From assembly GCA_964016885.1 (NCBI GenBank), contig OZ024740.1, positions 57,908,001 to 57,972,000 on the forward strand: a DNA stretch of 64,000 nucleotides, given 5' to 3'. Below the pieces are notes generated by a model. The model was not told the origin of the DNA. It did not search any database and was given only the letters and a program-made list of their open reading frames with translations. Shown piece by piece: positions 63,831 through 64,000 of this stretch. The stretch comes from Eledone cirrhosa. Its lineage: Eukaryota. Position 1 is the first letter of the stretch. Each line of letters starts with the position of its first letter. A program made the position numbers and the translations under genes.

Positions 63831-64000
63831 CTTAGAACAAAATTATTATTAATGTTTTGCTGTTCAGAACAATTGGAATTGAAAAATTACTTTTGAAATT
63901 ATTAGTTATTTTACTAATGCTTAGATATGTAAAAATGAAGCAATGTTTCTAATAATTGTTTCTACTTTTGGCACAAGGCCAGCAATTATCCAGTACATTA

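Overview
Eukaryotic, AT-rich, repeat-saturated genomic DNA. The SINE, RTE and Helitron families and the (TA)n/(CAT)n tracts suggest an octopod cephalopod; this is inference from remembered repeat motifs, not a search. No host protein-coding gene can be firmly supported. 1-13883 is a ~52-bp purine-rich tandem satellite. The rest is a nested mosaic of: RTE-clade LINEs with a PHD-type C4HC3 finger inside the RT region; a CR1-like LINE; several tRNA-derived SINE families; a full-length, frameshifted Ty3/Gypsy element (280-bp LTRs, 5-bp TSD); Tc1/mariner and hAT relics; tandem non-autonomous Helitrons; and at least four Penelope-like element (PLE) relics. The most striking signal is about a dozen hammerhead-ribozyme (HHR) motifs in PLE pseudo-LTRs (pLTRs), found by eye. 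They include forms with ~100-nt stem II inserts, a ~100-nt stem III remnant and a U3-A8 compensatory core. Many sit in fold-back (inverted) duplications embedded in (TA)n, and within a family the tail-less arm stops at the same nucleotide. All coordinates and pairings were read manually; nothing was computed or searched.
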